Source: Candidatus Eiseniibacteriota bacterium (GTDB taxonomy: Bacteria > Eisenbacteria > RBG-16-71-46). Taken from it: DNA of 64,000 bases. The notes beneath the pieces were generated by a model. That model saw only the letters and a program-made list of their open reading frames with translations, ran no database searches and had not been told where the DNA came from. How positions within the stretch are numbered: the stretch's first letter is position 1; every line of letters starts with the position of its first letter. Location of the stretch: the NCBI GenBank assembly GCA_963744995.1, contig CAVUWA010000010.1, positions 830,580 to 894,579 on the forward strand, in the 5' to 3' direction. Of the stretch, positions 51,727-60,955 are shown in pieces. The translations under genes and the position numbers were made by a program.

Positions 51727-51811
51727 CCGGCCCCGATGACGTGACCGCCGCACGGGCCGGCAGGCGCGAGCCGCGCTGACGCGCGGTCCCCACCCCCGCC
51801 GCCGCAGCGTC

Positions 51812-53719
51812 ATGGCCCGTTCGAACCTGCGGAGCGGACTCTTCTTCGCCGCGGCACTCCTGCTGCTGGCTCTGGTTTTCGCGCTGCCGCCCATGCTCAC
51901 CCGTATCGTCGAGAACCGCCTGCACGCGGCCGCCGCGCGGCGCGGCTACACCGCCACCTGGTCGCACCTCGCGCTGCGCTTCCCGCGCCTCGCCGTCCAC
52001 GACCTGCGGCTCACCCGCGGCGGCGGTGACACGGTGTTCGCCGTCGACTCGCTCGAGGTCACCCTGCGGCTGCGGCCGCTGCTGCTCCTGCGCGTCCGCC
52101 CCGGCCTCGTGCGGATCGCCCACGCGACGGTGCAGGCCGGCGGCGCCGCCGCCGCGGAGGAGGACTCCCTCGAGGCGCTGGCGGCGCCCGAGCCCCCGGC
52201 GGCGCACGAGCCGCGTCCCGCCGATCCCGGCGTGCGCGCCGCAGCGGATGCGCTGGTGCGGTTGCTGCTGGTGCCCGCGCGCGAACTCCCCGAGACCGAT
52301 CTCGCCGACGTCACGCTGGCCATGGACGATCGCGAGGGCGCCCGCACGCTGCACCTCGACCACCTGCGCCTCGCGCACCGCTCGCGCGGGACGCGCGGGA
52401 CGCGCAGCGTGCTCGAAGCCGAGGGATTCGCCCGGCTGCCGCGCGAGGTGCCGTTCGACCTCGACATGACCTACGACCACCACGACCGCGTGACGGGGCA
52501 TGCCCGTTTCGGCGTGCCCGACCCCGCCCGCGGCACGGTCGAGGCGCTCACCGTGACGCTCGACGGCACGTTTCACCAGCGGCGCCGGCAGGGTGCGGTC
52601 GCGATCGACTCCACGATCGTCCGGTTCGGCGACATCCCGGTGCGCATCGCCGGCGGCCTCGAGCGACGCGGCCCTCGCATCCACCTGAAATTGGAAGCCG
52701 ACAGCCTGACCGCCGCGCGCTGGCGCCGCAGCGTGCCGCGCCCCGTGCTCGGCCCGCTGCTGGAGCTCGACATCGCCGGCGCATGGGATCAGCGACTGTC
52801 GTTCGACCTCGATCTCGCGGAGCCCGACAGCGTGACCTTCGACGCCGACGTGATCCCGCACGGCATGCGGCTCGCGGGGAGCGGTGCGCTCGACCTGCCG
52901 GCGCTCGAGCAGCCGTTCGTCGCCCGCATCCACCTGCCGAACCACACGGTCGAGCGTGACCTGTCGGAGCGCAATCCGCATTTCCGTCCGCTCGCCGAAA
53001 TCGATTCGAACCTCGTGCACGCGGTGGTCACGAACGAAGACGGCGCGTTCTTCCGCCACGGCGGCTTCAACATGGACGCGGTGCGCCAGTCGATCGCCGA
53101 GAACGCGCGTGCCGGGCGGTTTCGCCGCGGCGCCGGCACCATCACCATGCAGCTCGTCCGCAATCTCTATCTCGGCCACGAGCGCACGATCTCGCGCAAG
53201 TGGCAGGAGGTCGCGCTGGCGTGGATCATCGAGCACCTGACGCCGGTGACCAAGGCGCGGCTGCTCGAGATCTATCTCAACATCATCGAGTGGGGCCCCG
53301 ACGTGCACGGCGCCGACGAGGCCACGCGGTTCTATTTCGGCCACGACGCTTCGCAGGTCACGCCCGACGAGGCGCTGTTCCTCGCCACGGTCGTGCCCGC
53401 GCCGAGCAAGTGGAAGTGGCGCCTCGAGAGGGACGGCACGCTGCGCGCCGGCACCCGGGCGCAGATGCACTTCATCGGCCGGCGGATGATCGACAAGGGC
53501 TGGCTGGCGCCCTCGGCCCTGCCGCCCGCGGACTCGCTGCGCATCGCGTTGCTGGGGCCCGCGCGCGACCTGATGCTGCCGGACATCGCCGTCGTGGACG
53601 ACCCGCGCTTCGAGCCGGGCGTGGCGGATTCCGCGGCCGCGGATTCGACCGTGCCCGACACGACGGCGGCCGACTCGCTGCATGCCCCGGCCGGCGCCGT
53701 TCGCGACTCCGCGCTCTGA
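51812..53719 (+). CDS. Monofunctional peptidoglycan transglycosylase (GT51) with long beta-rich N-terminal region
   Basis: EDGAFFRHGG, GAGTITMQL, RKWQE, KARLLEIYLN; no transpeptidase domain follows. Confidence 0.88.
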   Translation: MARSNLRSGLFFAAALLLLALVFALPPMLTRIVENRLHAAAARRGYTATWSHLALRFPRLAVHDLRLTRGGGDTVFAVDSLEVTLRLRPLLLLRVRPGLVRIAHATVQAGGAAAAEEDSLEALAAPEPPAAHEPRPADPGVRAAADALVRLLLVPARELPETDLADVTLAMDDREGARTLHLDHLRLAHRSRGTRGTRSVLEAEGFARLPREVPFDLDMTYDHHDRVTGHARFGVPDPARGTVEALTVTLDGTFHQRRRQGAVAIDSTIVRFGDIPVRIAGGLERRGPRIHLKLEADSLTAARWRRSVPRPVLGPLLELDIAGAWDQRLSFDLDLAEPDSVTFDADVIPHGMRLAGSGALDLPALEQPFVARIHLPNHTVERDLSERNPHFRPLAEIDSNLVHAVVTNEDGAFFRHGGFNMDAVRQSIAENARAGRFRRGAGTITMQLVRNLYLGHERTISRKWQEVALAWIIEHLTPVTKARLLEIYLNIIEWGPDVHGADEATRFYFGHDASQVTPDEALFLATVVPAPSKWKWRLERDGTLRAGTRAQMHFIGRRMIDKGWLAPSALPPADSLRIALLGPARDLMLPDIAVVDDPRFEPGVADSAAADSTVPDTTAADSLHAPAGAVRDSAL

Positions 53720-53788
53720 GGCCTGCGCCGGCCCGGAGCGGTTGCCGCGTTCTCGCTTTGTCGCGGATGCGCGGCTATCCTGCCGCGC

Positions 53789-54682
53789 ATGTCCGCTACC
53801 CGTCCGCTCGCCGGCTGGTCCGCGTTCTTCACCTGCGCGCTGATCTGGGGCAGCACGTTCCTGTTCATCGCGATCGGGAACGATGCGCTGCCGCCGGTAT
53901 GGGGCGCGATGTGGCGGCTGTTCCTCGCGGCGGCGATCCTGCTCGCACTCGCTGCATTCCGGAAGCAGCCGCTGCCTTCCGGGCGCGGGCTGCGGTACGC
54001 GGTCGCCTACGGCGCGCTCACCTACGGGATCAACTTCCCGCTGCTCTACTGGGGCGAGACGTCGGTGCCGAGCGGAGTCACCGCCGTGCTGTTCGCGACG
54101 CTGCCGCTGACCACGCCGTTGATGGCGGCCGCCGTGGGAATCGAAAGACTGCAGGGCATGAAGCTCGCGGGCGGCGCGGTCGCGTTCATCGGCGTCGCGG
54201 TGATCTTCTGGCGCCAGCTTGCGGGCGAGACCGAGCCGTTGCACATGATCGGCGTGCTCGCGGGTGCGACCGTGGCGGGGTTCGCGACGGTGGTTCTGAA
54301 GCTCGGTCCGCGCCAGGCGCCGATCCCGGTGAACGGCGTGGCGTCGCTCACGGGCGGGTTCATGTGCCTGGCGATCAGCTTCGTCGCCGGCGAGGCACAT
54401 CCCCTCCCCTCCACGTTCGCCCAGATCGTGCCGGTGCTCTACCTCGCCGTGCTCGGTTCGGTGGTCGCGTTCACGCTGCTCGCGTGGCTCGTCAACCACT
54501 GGGACCCGACCAACATCTCGTTCATCACGGTGGTGAACCCGGTGATCGCGGTGACCCTGGGCGCCCTGGTGCGCCACGAAAAAGTCGGCGCGACGCTGCT
54601 GCTGGGCGCGCTGCTGGTGATGGGCGGCGTGTGGATGGCCGCGTGGAGCGACCGCAGGGCGCGGCGGCCGGCACCCGCCTGA
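53789..54682 (+). CDS. DMT/EamA family transporter
   Basis: IWGSTF, two EamA repeats, YLAVLGSVVAF, VNPVIAV. Confidence 0.92.
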   Translation: MSATRPLAGWSAFFTCALIWGSTFLFIAIGNDALPPVWGAMWRLFLAAAILLALAAFRKQPLPSGRGLRYAVAYGALTYGINFPLLYWGETSVPSGVTAVLFATLPLTTPLMAAAVGIERLQGMKLAGGAVAFIGVAVIFWRQLAGETEPLHMIGVLAGATVAGFATVVLKLGPRQAPIPVNGVASLTGGFMCLAISFVAGEAHPLPSTFAQIVPVLYLAVLGSVVAFTLLAWLVNHWDPTNISFITVVNPVIAVTLGALVRHEKVGATLLLGALLVMGGVWMAAWSDRRARRPAPA

Positions 54683-54764
54683 GCTCGTCCGGAATCCGGC
54701 AGGGGAACAGGAAGGCGACCGCGACCGCGCGGCGGCGCCCCCACGGAACGCCGCCGCCGGACCG

Positions 54765-56387
54765 CTACTCCGAGAACACGATCTCGCCCTGCTCGCTCAG
54801 ATCGAACCGCTCGGCGAGCGGCACCTTCGGCAGACCCGGCATGCGCAGCATCTCGCCGGTGATCGGAACGATGAAGCCGGCGCCCGCCGCCAGCTCGATC
54901 TCGCGCACGGTGATGGCGAAGTCCCTCGGCCGGCCGAGCACTTTCGGATTGTCGGTGAGCGAGTACTGGGTCTTCGCCATGCACACCGGCAGCTTGTCGT
55001 GGCCGTGCTTCTGGAACTGCTTGATGTCCTTCAGCGCCTTCGGCTGGTACTCCACGCTGCCCGCGCCGTACACGTGCTTCGAGATCAGCTCGATCTTCTG
55101 CTCGATCGGCTGGTCCCACTCGTAGATCGGCTTGAAGCCGGGCTTCGCCTGCTGCGCCGCGTCCCATACGACCTCGGCCAGCGCGCGGCAGCCGGGGCCG
55201 CCCTCGGCGAACGTCTTCGCCACCTCCGCCTGGAGGCCACGTGACCCGGCGTGCTTCTTCACCAGCGCGATCTCCTCGGCGGTGTCGGTGGGGAAGTGAT
55301 TGATCGCGACCACGCACGTCTGCTCGAAGCGCCGGATCGTGTCGAGATGCGCATCGAGGTTCGCGAGGCCGCGTTCGACGGCGGCGCAGTCGGGCTTGCC
55401 GACCTCGGCGAGCGGCACGCCGCCGTGCATCTTGAGCGCGCGCAGCGTCGCGACCAGCACCGTCGCGCTCGGTTGGAGCTTCCCGTAGCGACAGTTGATG
55501 TCGAAGAACTTTTCCGCGCCCAGATCGAACGCGAAGCCGGCCTCGGTGAAGACGATGTCGGCGTAGCCGAGTGCCATGCGCGTGGCGTTGATCGAGTTGG
55601 TGCCGTGCGCGATGTTGGCGAACGGGCCGCCGTGCACGAATGCGGGCACGCCCTCGAGCGTCTGCACCAGGTTCGGCTTGATCGCATCGCGCAGCAGTGC
55701 GGCCATCGCGCCGACGGCCTTGAGATCGGCCGCGGTCACGAAGCTGCCGTCCTTGCGCCAGCCGACCACGATGCGGCCCAGCCTGGTCTTGAGATCGGCC
55801 ACGTTCTCGGCGAGACACAGGATCGCCATGACCTCGCTCGCGGCGGTGATGTCGAAGCCCGCCTCGCGCGGCACGCCCTGCGCGGTGCCCCCGAGTCCCG
55901 TCACCATGTGCCGGAGCGCGCGGTCGTTCATGTCCATGACGCGCTTCCACACCACGCGGCGCGGATCGAGGCCCAGTGCGTTGCCGTGCTGGATGTGGTT
56001 GTCGACGATCGCGGCGAGCAGGTTGTGCGCGGTGCCGACGGCGTGAATGTCGCCGTTGAAATGCATGTTGATGTCGTCGGAGGGCACGACGCGGCTCTTG
56101 CCGCCGCCGCTGCCGCCGCCCTTCATGCCGAGGTAGGGGCCGAGCGACGGCTCGCGCAGCGCGACCGCGGTGCGCTTCCCGTTCAGGGCCGTGCCCTGGG
56201 CGAGGCCGATCGACGTGGTGGTCTTGCCCTCGCCGGCCGGCGTGGGCGTGATCGCCGAGACCAGCACCAGCCGTCCGCGCGGTTCGCGCATCGCGGCGAG
56301 GGCGATCTTGGCCTTGTCATGGCCATAGGGTTCGAAGTGGGCGGTGTCGATTCCAAGATCGCGTGCGACTTCCGATATAGGCTTCAT
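54765..56387 (-). CDS. fhs: Formate--tetrahydrofolate ligase
   Basis: TPTPAGEGKTT, LREPSLGP, HGGPFANIAHG, MAKTQYS, MPGLP. Confidence 0.98.
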   Translation of the reverse strand: MKPISEVARDLGIDTAHFEPYGHDKAKIALAAMREPRGRLVLVSAITPTPAGEGKTTTSIGLAQGTALNGKRTAVALREPSLGPYLGMKGGGSGGGKSRVVPSDDINMHFNGDIHAVGTAHNLLAAIVDNHIQHGNALGLDPRRVVWKRVMDMNDRALRHMVTGLGGTAQGVPREAGFDITAASEVMAILCLAENVADLKTRLGRIVVGWRKDGSFVTAADLKAVGAMAALLRDAIKPNLVQTLEGVPAFVHGGPFANIAHGTNSINATRMALGYADIVFTEAGFAFDLGAEKFFDINCRYGKLQPSATVLVATLRALKMHGGVPLAEVGKPDCAAVERGLANLDAHLDTIRRFEQTCVVAINHFPTDTAEEIALVKKHAGSRGLQAEVAKTFAEGGPGCRALAEVVWDAAQQAKPGFKPIYEWDQPIEQKIELISKHVYGAGSVEYQPKALKDIKQFQKHGHDKLPVCMAKTQYSLTDNPKVLGRPRDFAITVREIELAAGAGFIVPITGEMLRMPGLPKVPLAERFDLSEQGEIVFSE

Positions 56388-56427
56388 CAGGGACTCCCCG
56401 TGTAGGCGAACCAGAACCGGAAGGCGC

Positions 56428-56455
56428 TTGACTCCCGGCAGTCCCGCAATATAAC
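56428..56455 (+). promoter_or_regulatory. Sigma70-like promoter for the downstream membrane protein genes
   Basis: TTGACT-N16-TATAAC. Confidence 0.45.
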
Positions 56456-56617
56456 GCGTGGACGCCCGCACCTCACGAAGTTAGACTGCCTACCTTCGTC
56501 GCCCTCCCCTCGGCGCGAAGGGCCGCCGGGACTGTCCGCAGCGACGAGCGACCGAACGACGCCACGATCCGCGTGCTCGGAGCACCCTGGAAAGCCCCAT
56601 CCCCCGCCGGAGCTTTC

Positions 56618-57106
56618 ATGCCATTCGACCTGATACACGTTCTGCGCTTCTTCCATCTGTTCTTCGCGTTCACGTACGTCGGCGCGCTGGTCGTCATCGA
56701 GTGGAACGCCGGCGCCGCGCGCCGCTCCGCGAGCTGGCGCGATCGCGCGCTGCTGTTCCAGATCATGTTCATGTCGACGACCCTGGCCGGGCTCGGCGGG
56801 TTGCTCGTCGCCGGCATCGCCGGCAACGTGCTGGCGACGATGCTCGGCTACCGCATGGCGACCGACCTCTGGCTGCGCTGGGCGAACGGCATCTGGCTGA
56901 TCGCGACGATTCTGATGGCCGCGGTCAACGTGCCGGGCGCCGGGTCGCTGGCGCGGATGGCGCGGCAGATGAGCGAAGCGGACGCAGGCTCGGCACCGCC
57001 CGCCGCGTGGGGCTCCAGGTTCACGCGCTGGCGGATCGCCAACGTCGCGCAGAGCCTCCTCTACCTCGGCCTGCTCGTGCTCATGGTCTTCAGGTGGCGC
57101 GGCTGA
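56618..57106 (+). CDS. Four-TM membrane protein (DUF2269-like)
   Basis: LRFFHL in the first helix, four hydrophobic helices, ends LVLMVFRWRG. Confidence 0.65.
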   Translation: MPFDLIHVLRFFHLFFAFTYVGALVVIEWNAGAARRSASWRDRALLFQIMFMSTTLAGLGGLLVAGIAGNVLATMLGYRMATDLWLRWANGIWLIATILMAAVNVPGAGSLARMARQMSEADAGSAPPAAWGSRFTRWRIANVAQSLLYLGLLVLMVFRWRG

Positions 57107-57909
57107 TCGCGCTGCTGCACCCGTCTCCCGGCGGCGGCCCCGAGCTCGGCGCGCTGGTCGGGGGATTCCTCATCATGATGGCTGCGCTCGCGGTGCTCAC
57201 CCCGCACCGCCACTCGCGCGGCCCGATCGCGTCGCCGGAAGGCACGCGTCGCGCGCTGCTCTACGCGCTGTTCTACGCGTTGTGCGCGGCGTGCTTCGAA
57301 CGCATCGTCAGCCCGGCGCTGCTGGGTGACCACGGCAGCCCGTGGCTGCTGGCGCTCGGCGACGTGATGTTCGTGACGCTCGGGCTCTACGCGTGGGTGA
57401 TGATCATCGCCGAGGGCCACCCGTTCGCGGATTTCGGCCTCACGTGGGGGCCGCCCGCGCGCATGGGGCTGGCTTTCGTGATGGGCATCGGCGCCGCCGT
57501 GCTCGTCGGTTTCGAACCGTACCGGCTGCTGCTCACCGACGCGGTCCATCCGACTTCCGACCGCGCCGTGTTCGCCCTGCTGTTCGCGACCGTCGGCTCG
57601 GCGCTCCCCGAGGAGCTGATTTTCCGCGGCTTCCTGCAGGGCTCGCTGACCCGGCGCTTCCGGCGCTGGGCCCGTATCGCGTTGCCCGCGCTCGCATTCA
57701 CCGCGGTGCGCGCGCTCCGCTTCCTGCCGGGCTCCGACCTCCCCCTGGACGACTGGCTGTTCTACGTGTTCGGCACCGTTTTGCCGCTTGGCCTCTGGTG
57801 GGGACTGATGCGAGACTGGAGCGGCGGATCGATCTGGCCGGGCCTGGTTTCCCATGTGCTCGTGGCGCTGGGCCACGCCCTCGCCGGTTACACGCCGGCC
57901 GACATCTAG
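57094..57909 (+). CDS. CPBP (CAAX protease/Abi) family intramembrane protein, partly degenerate
   Basis: PEELIFRG motif 1; motif 2 FxxxH reads FTAVR; motif 4 HxxxN reads HVLVA; start uncertain. Confidence 0.75.
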   Translation: MARLIALLHPSPGGGPELGALVGGFLIMMAALAVLTPHRHSRGPIASPEGTRRALLYALFYALCAACFERIVSPALLGDHGSPWLLALGDVMFVTLGLYAWVMIIAEGHPFADFGLTWGPPARMGLAFVMGIGAAVLVGFEPYRLLLTDAVHPTSDRAVFALLFATVGSALPEELIFRGFLQGSLTRRFRRWARIALPALAFTAVRALRFLPGSDLPLDDWLFYVFGTVLPLGLWWGLMRDWSGGSIWPGLVSHVLVALGHALAGYTPADI

Positions 57910-57957
57910 GTTCATCACAACGGAAGCTGCCCAGGGATTGGGCCATCACCACCGGGA

Positions 57958-60657
57958 ATGGAGGATCCCATGCCCCACGCGAGACGCTGCGTCCTCGCTC
58001 TGCTGCTCCCTCTCGTCATGGCCGCGGGCTTCGCCGTGCCCGCCCGCGCCGATGTGAGGATGACCGATCCGGCGGAGACGATTCCACGGATCCGTGCCGC
58101 GCAGCGCCGCATGCTCCTCCAGAAGATGCAGCGGCGGATGACCGAAGCCGCGGCGCGCCACTCCAGGATGGAGGCGGCCGCGCGCGACGCGTTCGACGCG
58201 TTCGCGGGTGATCGCCTCATGCACTCGAGTCGCGCCGCCGTGCGCGCCGACATCGAAGCGGCGCGTGCGGCGCCGGCCGCGCATCCGGGCGCCGGGCGCC
58301 GACTGTCGAGCGCAGAGCGCGAAGCGGGCTACGTCGCCCCGAGCGCCGCCGAGCGCTACCGGCGCCTGGCCGAAGCGGCCGCGGCGAAGGGCGTCGTACC
58401 GTTCCCGAACGTCATGGCCAACGACCGCAGCGGCGACGGCGCCGGCGCCGGCCAGTGTGAAGAGGACATCGCCGCCTCCGGCAGCAATATCCTCGTCGCC
58501 TGGAACGACGGTCAGGGCTTCAACGACGGCACCGGCGACACGCAGGGCTACGGCTATTCCACCGACAACGGCGCGACGTTCACGGACGGCGGCAACCTGC
58601 CCAAGCCGGCCGGCTACCCTACGTTCATCTGGACCAGCGACCCGCTGGTCACCGTGAACGAGAAGACCGGCGAATTCTGGTACGCGGGGCTCTGCAGCCC
58701 GAGCTTCCAACGCAACGGCATCGCGGTCGTAAAGGGCACCTTCAGCGGCAACAGCTTCAGCTGGGGCACGCCGGTGGTCGTGCGCGACGAGAGCGACTTC
58801 GCCTACTTTCTCGACAAGCCGTGGATGGTCGCCGACTCGTCCAACGGCAATCTGTACCTGACCTACACCGAGTTCAGACCCGGGAACCTCGACGAGATCG
58901 ACTTCAAGCGCTCGATCGACGGCGGCGCCAGCTGGTCGACGGACGTCAAGATCAATGCCGGGACCGATGACGGCGCGGTGCAGGGTTCGCGGCCCGCGGT
59001 GGGCCCGAACGGCGAAGTGCACGTCGTCTACTACACGATCGGGCCCAGCAATTCCGATTCCGACATCATGAACTACCGCGTCTCCACCAACGCCGGCGTC
59101 TCGTTCGGACCGATCTCGCAGGCCGCGGTGTTCCACCCGAACTTCGGCACCGGCGCGCCGGGCTTCAACCGCGAGATGGGCATCCAGTTCCCGTCGATCG
59201 CGGTGGACCGCAGCAGCGGCCCGAATCGCGGGCGGGTCTACGTGGCGTGGAACGAGACGGTGAACTGGATCGGCCAGTTGCTCAACACCGGCTCCGGCAA
59301 GGTGGACACCGAGCCGAACGATACGCCGGCGCAGGCGACGCCGATGACGATCGGTCAGCCGGTGCGCGGGACGTTCAACTCGACGAACGGCGAACTGGAC
59401 TACTACTCGTTCAGCGCGACCCAGGGCCAGACGTTCATCTTCTGGACGGACTCGCTGGACACGGCCCAGCTCTACACGATGCGCGTTTTCTGCAGCGACC
59501 AGACGACCCGGCTGGCGTTCTCGGGCGATCTCAGCATCGGTGGCGGCAACGGGTTCATCGTCTGGACGGCCCCTGCCACGGCGACCTACTACTTCCGGAT
59601 GGCGAACGGCAGTTTCACCGGCGCGCCGGGCAGTTTCCCGATCGGCGGCTACCGCGTCCTCAGCAAGCTCTATCCCGGCGGTCCTGAGCGCGGCCGCGAC
59701 ACGCGCGACGTGTTCGTGGCGTACTCGTCCACCAACGGGCTCAGCTGGAGCACGCCGACGCGCGTGAACGACGACGTCGCCCTGTACGACGACTGGTTGC
59801 CCGAGGTCGAGGTCGGCGGCAACGGCATCCCGTACGTGATCTGGTACGACTGGCGCGACTCGGCCGCGCAGTGCGGGGGCCGCTCGCACGTCTACCTCGC
59901 GCGCTCCGACAACGGGGGCGGCACGTGGGCGCCGCTCGGCCCGGTCACCGACGCGGAGTCCGACTGGTCCAGCGGCTTCAGCAACATCGCTCCCAACCAG
60001 GGCGACTACCTGGCGCTGTACGCCAACAACGCGGCGCTCTACAACGCGTGGGCGGACAACCGCAATGGTGACCCCGACGTGTTCGTGTCGGTGTGGCCGC
60101 TGGCGGCGACGCCGGTGCAGATCTCTCTGGCGACGGTGAGCGCCAGGCCCGACCGCGTCGAGATCTCGTGGTTCGCGGGCGGCGATCCGCTCGACCAGGC
60201 CACGGTCGAGCGCCGCACCGAATCGAGCGACTGGCAGGCCCTCGGCATCGTGTACGTCGACGGCAACCATCGCCTCGCCTGGACCGACACGGACGTCTCG
60301 GCCGGGACGCGCTATGCCTACCGCCTGCACATCGTGGACGCCGGCGCCGATCGCTACGTCGGCGAGACCTGGGTGGACGTTCCCGCGCGCACGCAGCTCG
60401 CGATCGCGAACATTCGCCCGAACCCCTCGCGCCGCGACGCGTTCCTCACGTTCTCGCTGCCGAGCGACGCGCCGGCGACGCTCACCGTGCTCGACATCGC
60501 CGGTCGCGTGATCCGCGAGCAGGAGGTCGGCTCGCTCGGCGCCGGGTCGCACCAGATCGCTCTGCTCCGGAACGGCAGCTTCGGCCCGGGGCTCTACCTC
60601 GTGCGCCTCACCCAGGGCGGCCGCTCAATCACCACGCGCTGGACCGTGGTGCAGTAG
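57958..60657 (+). CDS. Secreted Asp-box (sialidase-like) beta-propeller protein with PPC-like insert and T9SS/FlgD-like C-terminal domain
   Basis: Signal peptide; STDNGATF, SIDGGASW, STNAGVSF, SDNGGGTW; TEPNDTP..DYYSF; C-terminal PNP...GLYLVRL. Confidence 0.85.
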   Translation: MEDPMPHARRCVLALLLPLVMAAGFAVPARADVRMTDPAETIPRIRAAQRRMLLQKMQRRMTEAAARHSRMEAAARDAFDAFAGDRLMHSSRAAVRADIEAARAAPAAHPGAGRRLSSAEREAGYVAPSAAERYRRLAEAAAAKGVVPFPNVMANDRSGDGAGAGQCEEDIAASGSNILVAWNDGQGFNDGTGDTQGYGYSTDNGATFTDGGNLPKPAGYPTFIWTSDPLVTVNEKTGEFWYAGLCSPSFQRNGIAVVKGTFSGNSFSWGTPVVVRDESDFAYFLDKPWMVADSSNGNLYLTYTEFRPGNLDEIDFKRSIDGGASWSTDVKINAGTDDGAVQGSRPAVGPNGEVHVVYYTIGPSNSDSDIMNYRVSTNAGVSFGPISQAAVFHPNFGTGAPGFNREMGIQFPSIAVDRSSGPNRGRVYVAWNETVNWIGQLLNTGSGKVDTEPNDTPAQATPMTIGQPVRGTFNSTNGELDYYSFSATQGQTFIFWTDSLDTAQLYTMRVFCSDQTTRLAFSGDLSIGGGNGFIVWTAPATATYYFRMANGSFTGAPGSFPIGGYRVLSKLYPGGPERGRDTRDVFVAYSSTNGLSWSTPTRVNDDVALYDDWLPEVEVGGNGIPYVIWYDWRDSAAQCGGRSHVYLARSDNGGGTWAPLGPVTDAESDWSSGFSNIAPNQGDYLALYANNAALYNAWADNRNGDPDVFVSVWPLAATPVQISLATVSARPDRVEISWFAGGDPLDQATVERRTESSDWQALGIVYVDGNHRLAWTDTDVSAGTRYAYRLHIVDAGADRYVGETWVDVPARTQLAIANIRPNPSRRDAFLTFSLPSDAPATLTVLDIAGRVIREQEVGSLGAGSHQIALLRNGSFGPGLYLVRLTQGGRSITTRWTVVQ

Positions 60658-60955
60658 CCGGCGGGGGCGGGCCCGGCCGCGGGGCCGCCTGAACCGCCGC
60701 GGGCGGCGTGCCGTGAAGGCGGCCGCCGCCCGCGAGGCTCTGGGTCGCATGACCCGGCGCGGTGCGGGATCCCCCGCGGCCGCGATGGCCTGCGTCGCGA
60801 AATGCAACGCCGTGCGGGGACTCCCCGCCGCAATCCCTTGATTTGGCGGGCGCCGGACACCTTCCGAGGTGGCCCGACTCCTGCCTTCGTTGATAGACTG
60901 ACGCCTTCCAAAAGACGCCTTCGGGCCCCATACCCTCACATCGGGAGACACATCC

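Noticed and set aside
56388..56617. THF or ZTP riboswitch upstream of fhs
   Set aside because: No aptamer consensus seen; the region reads as divergent promoters
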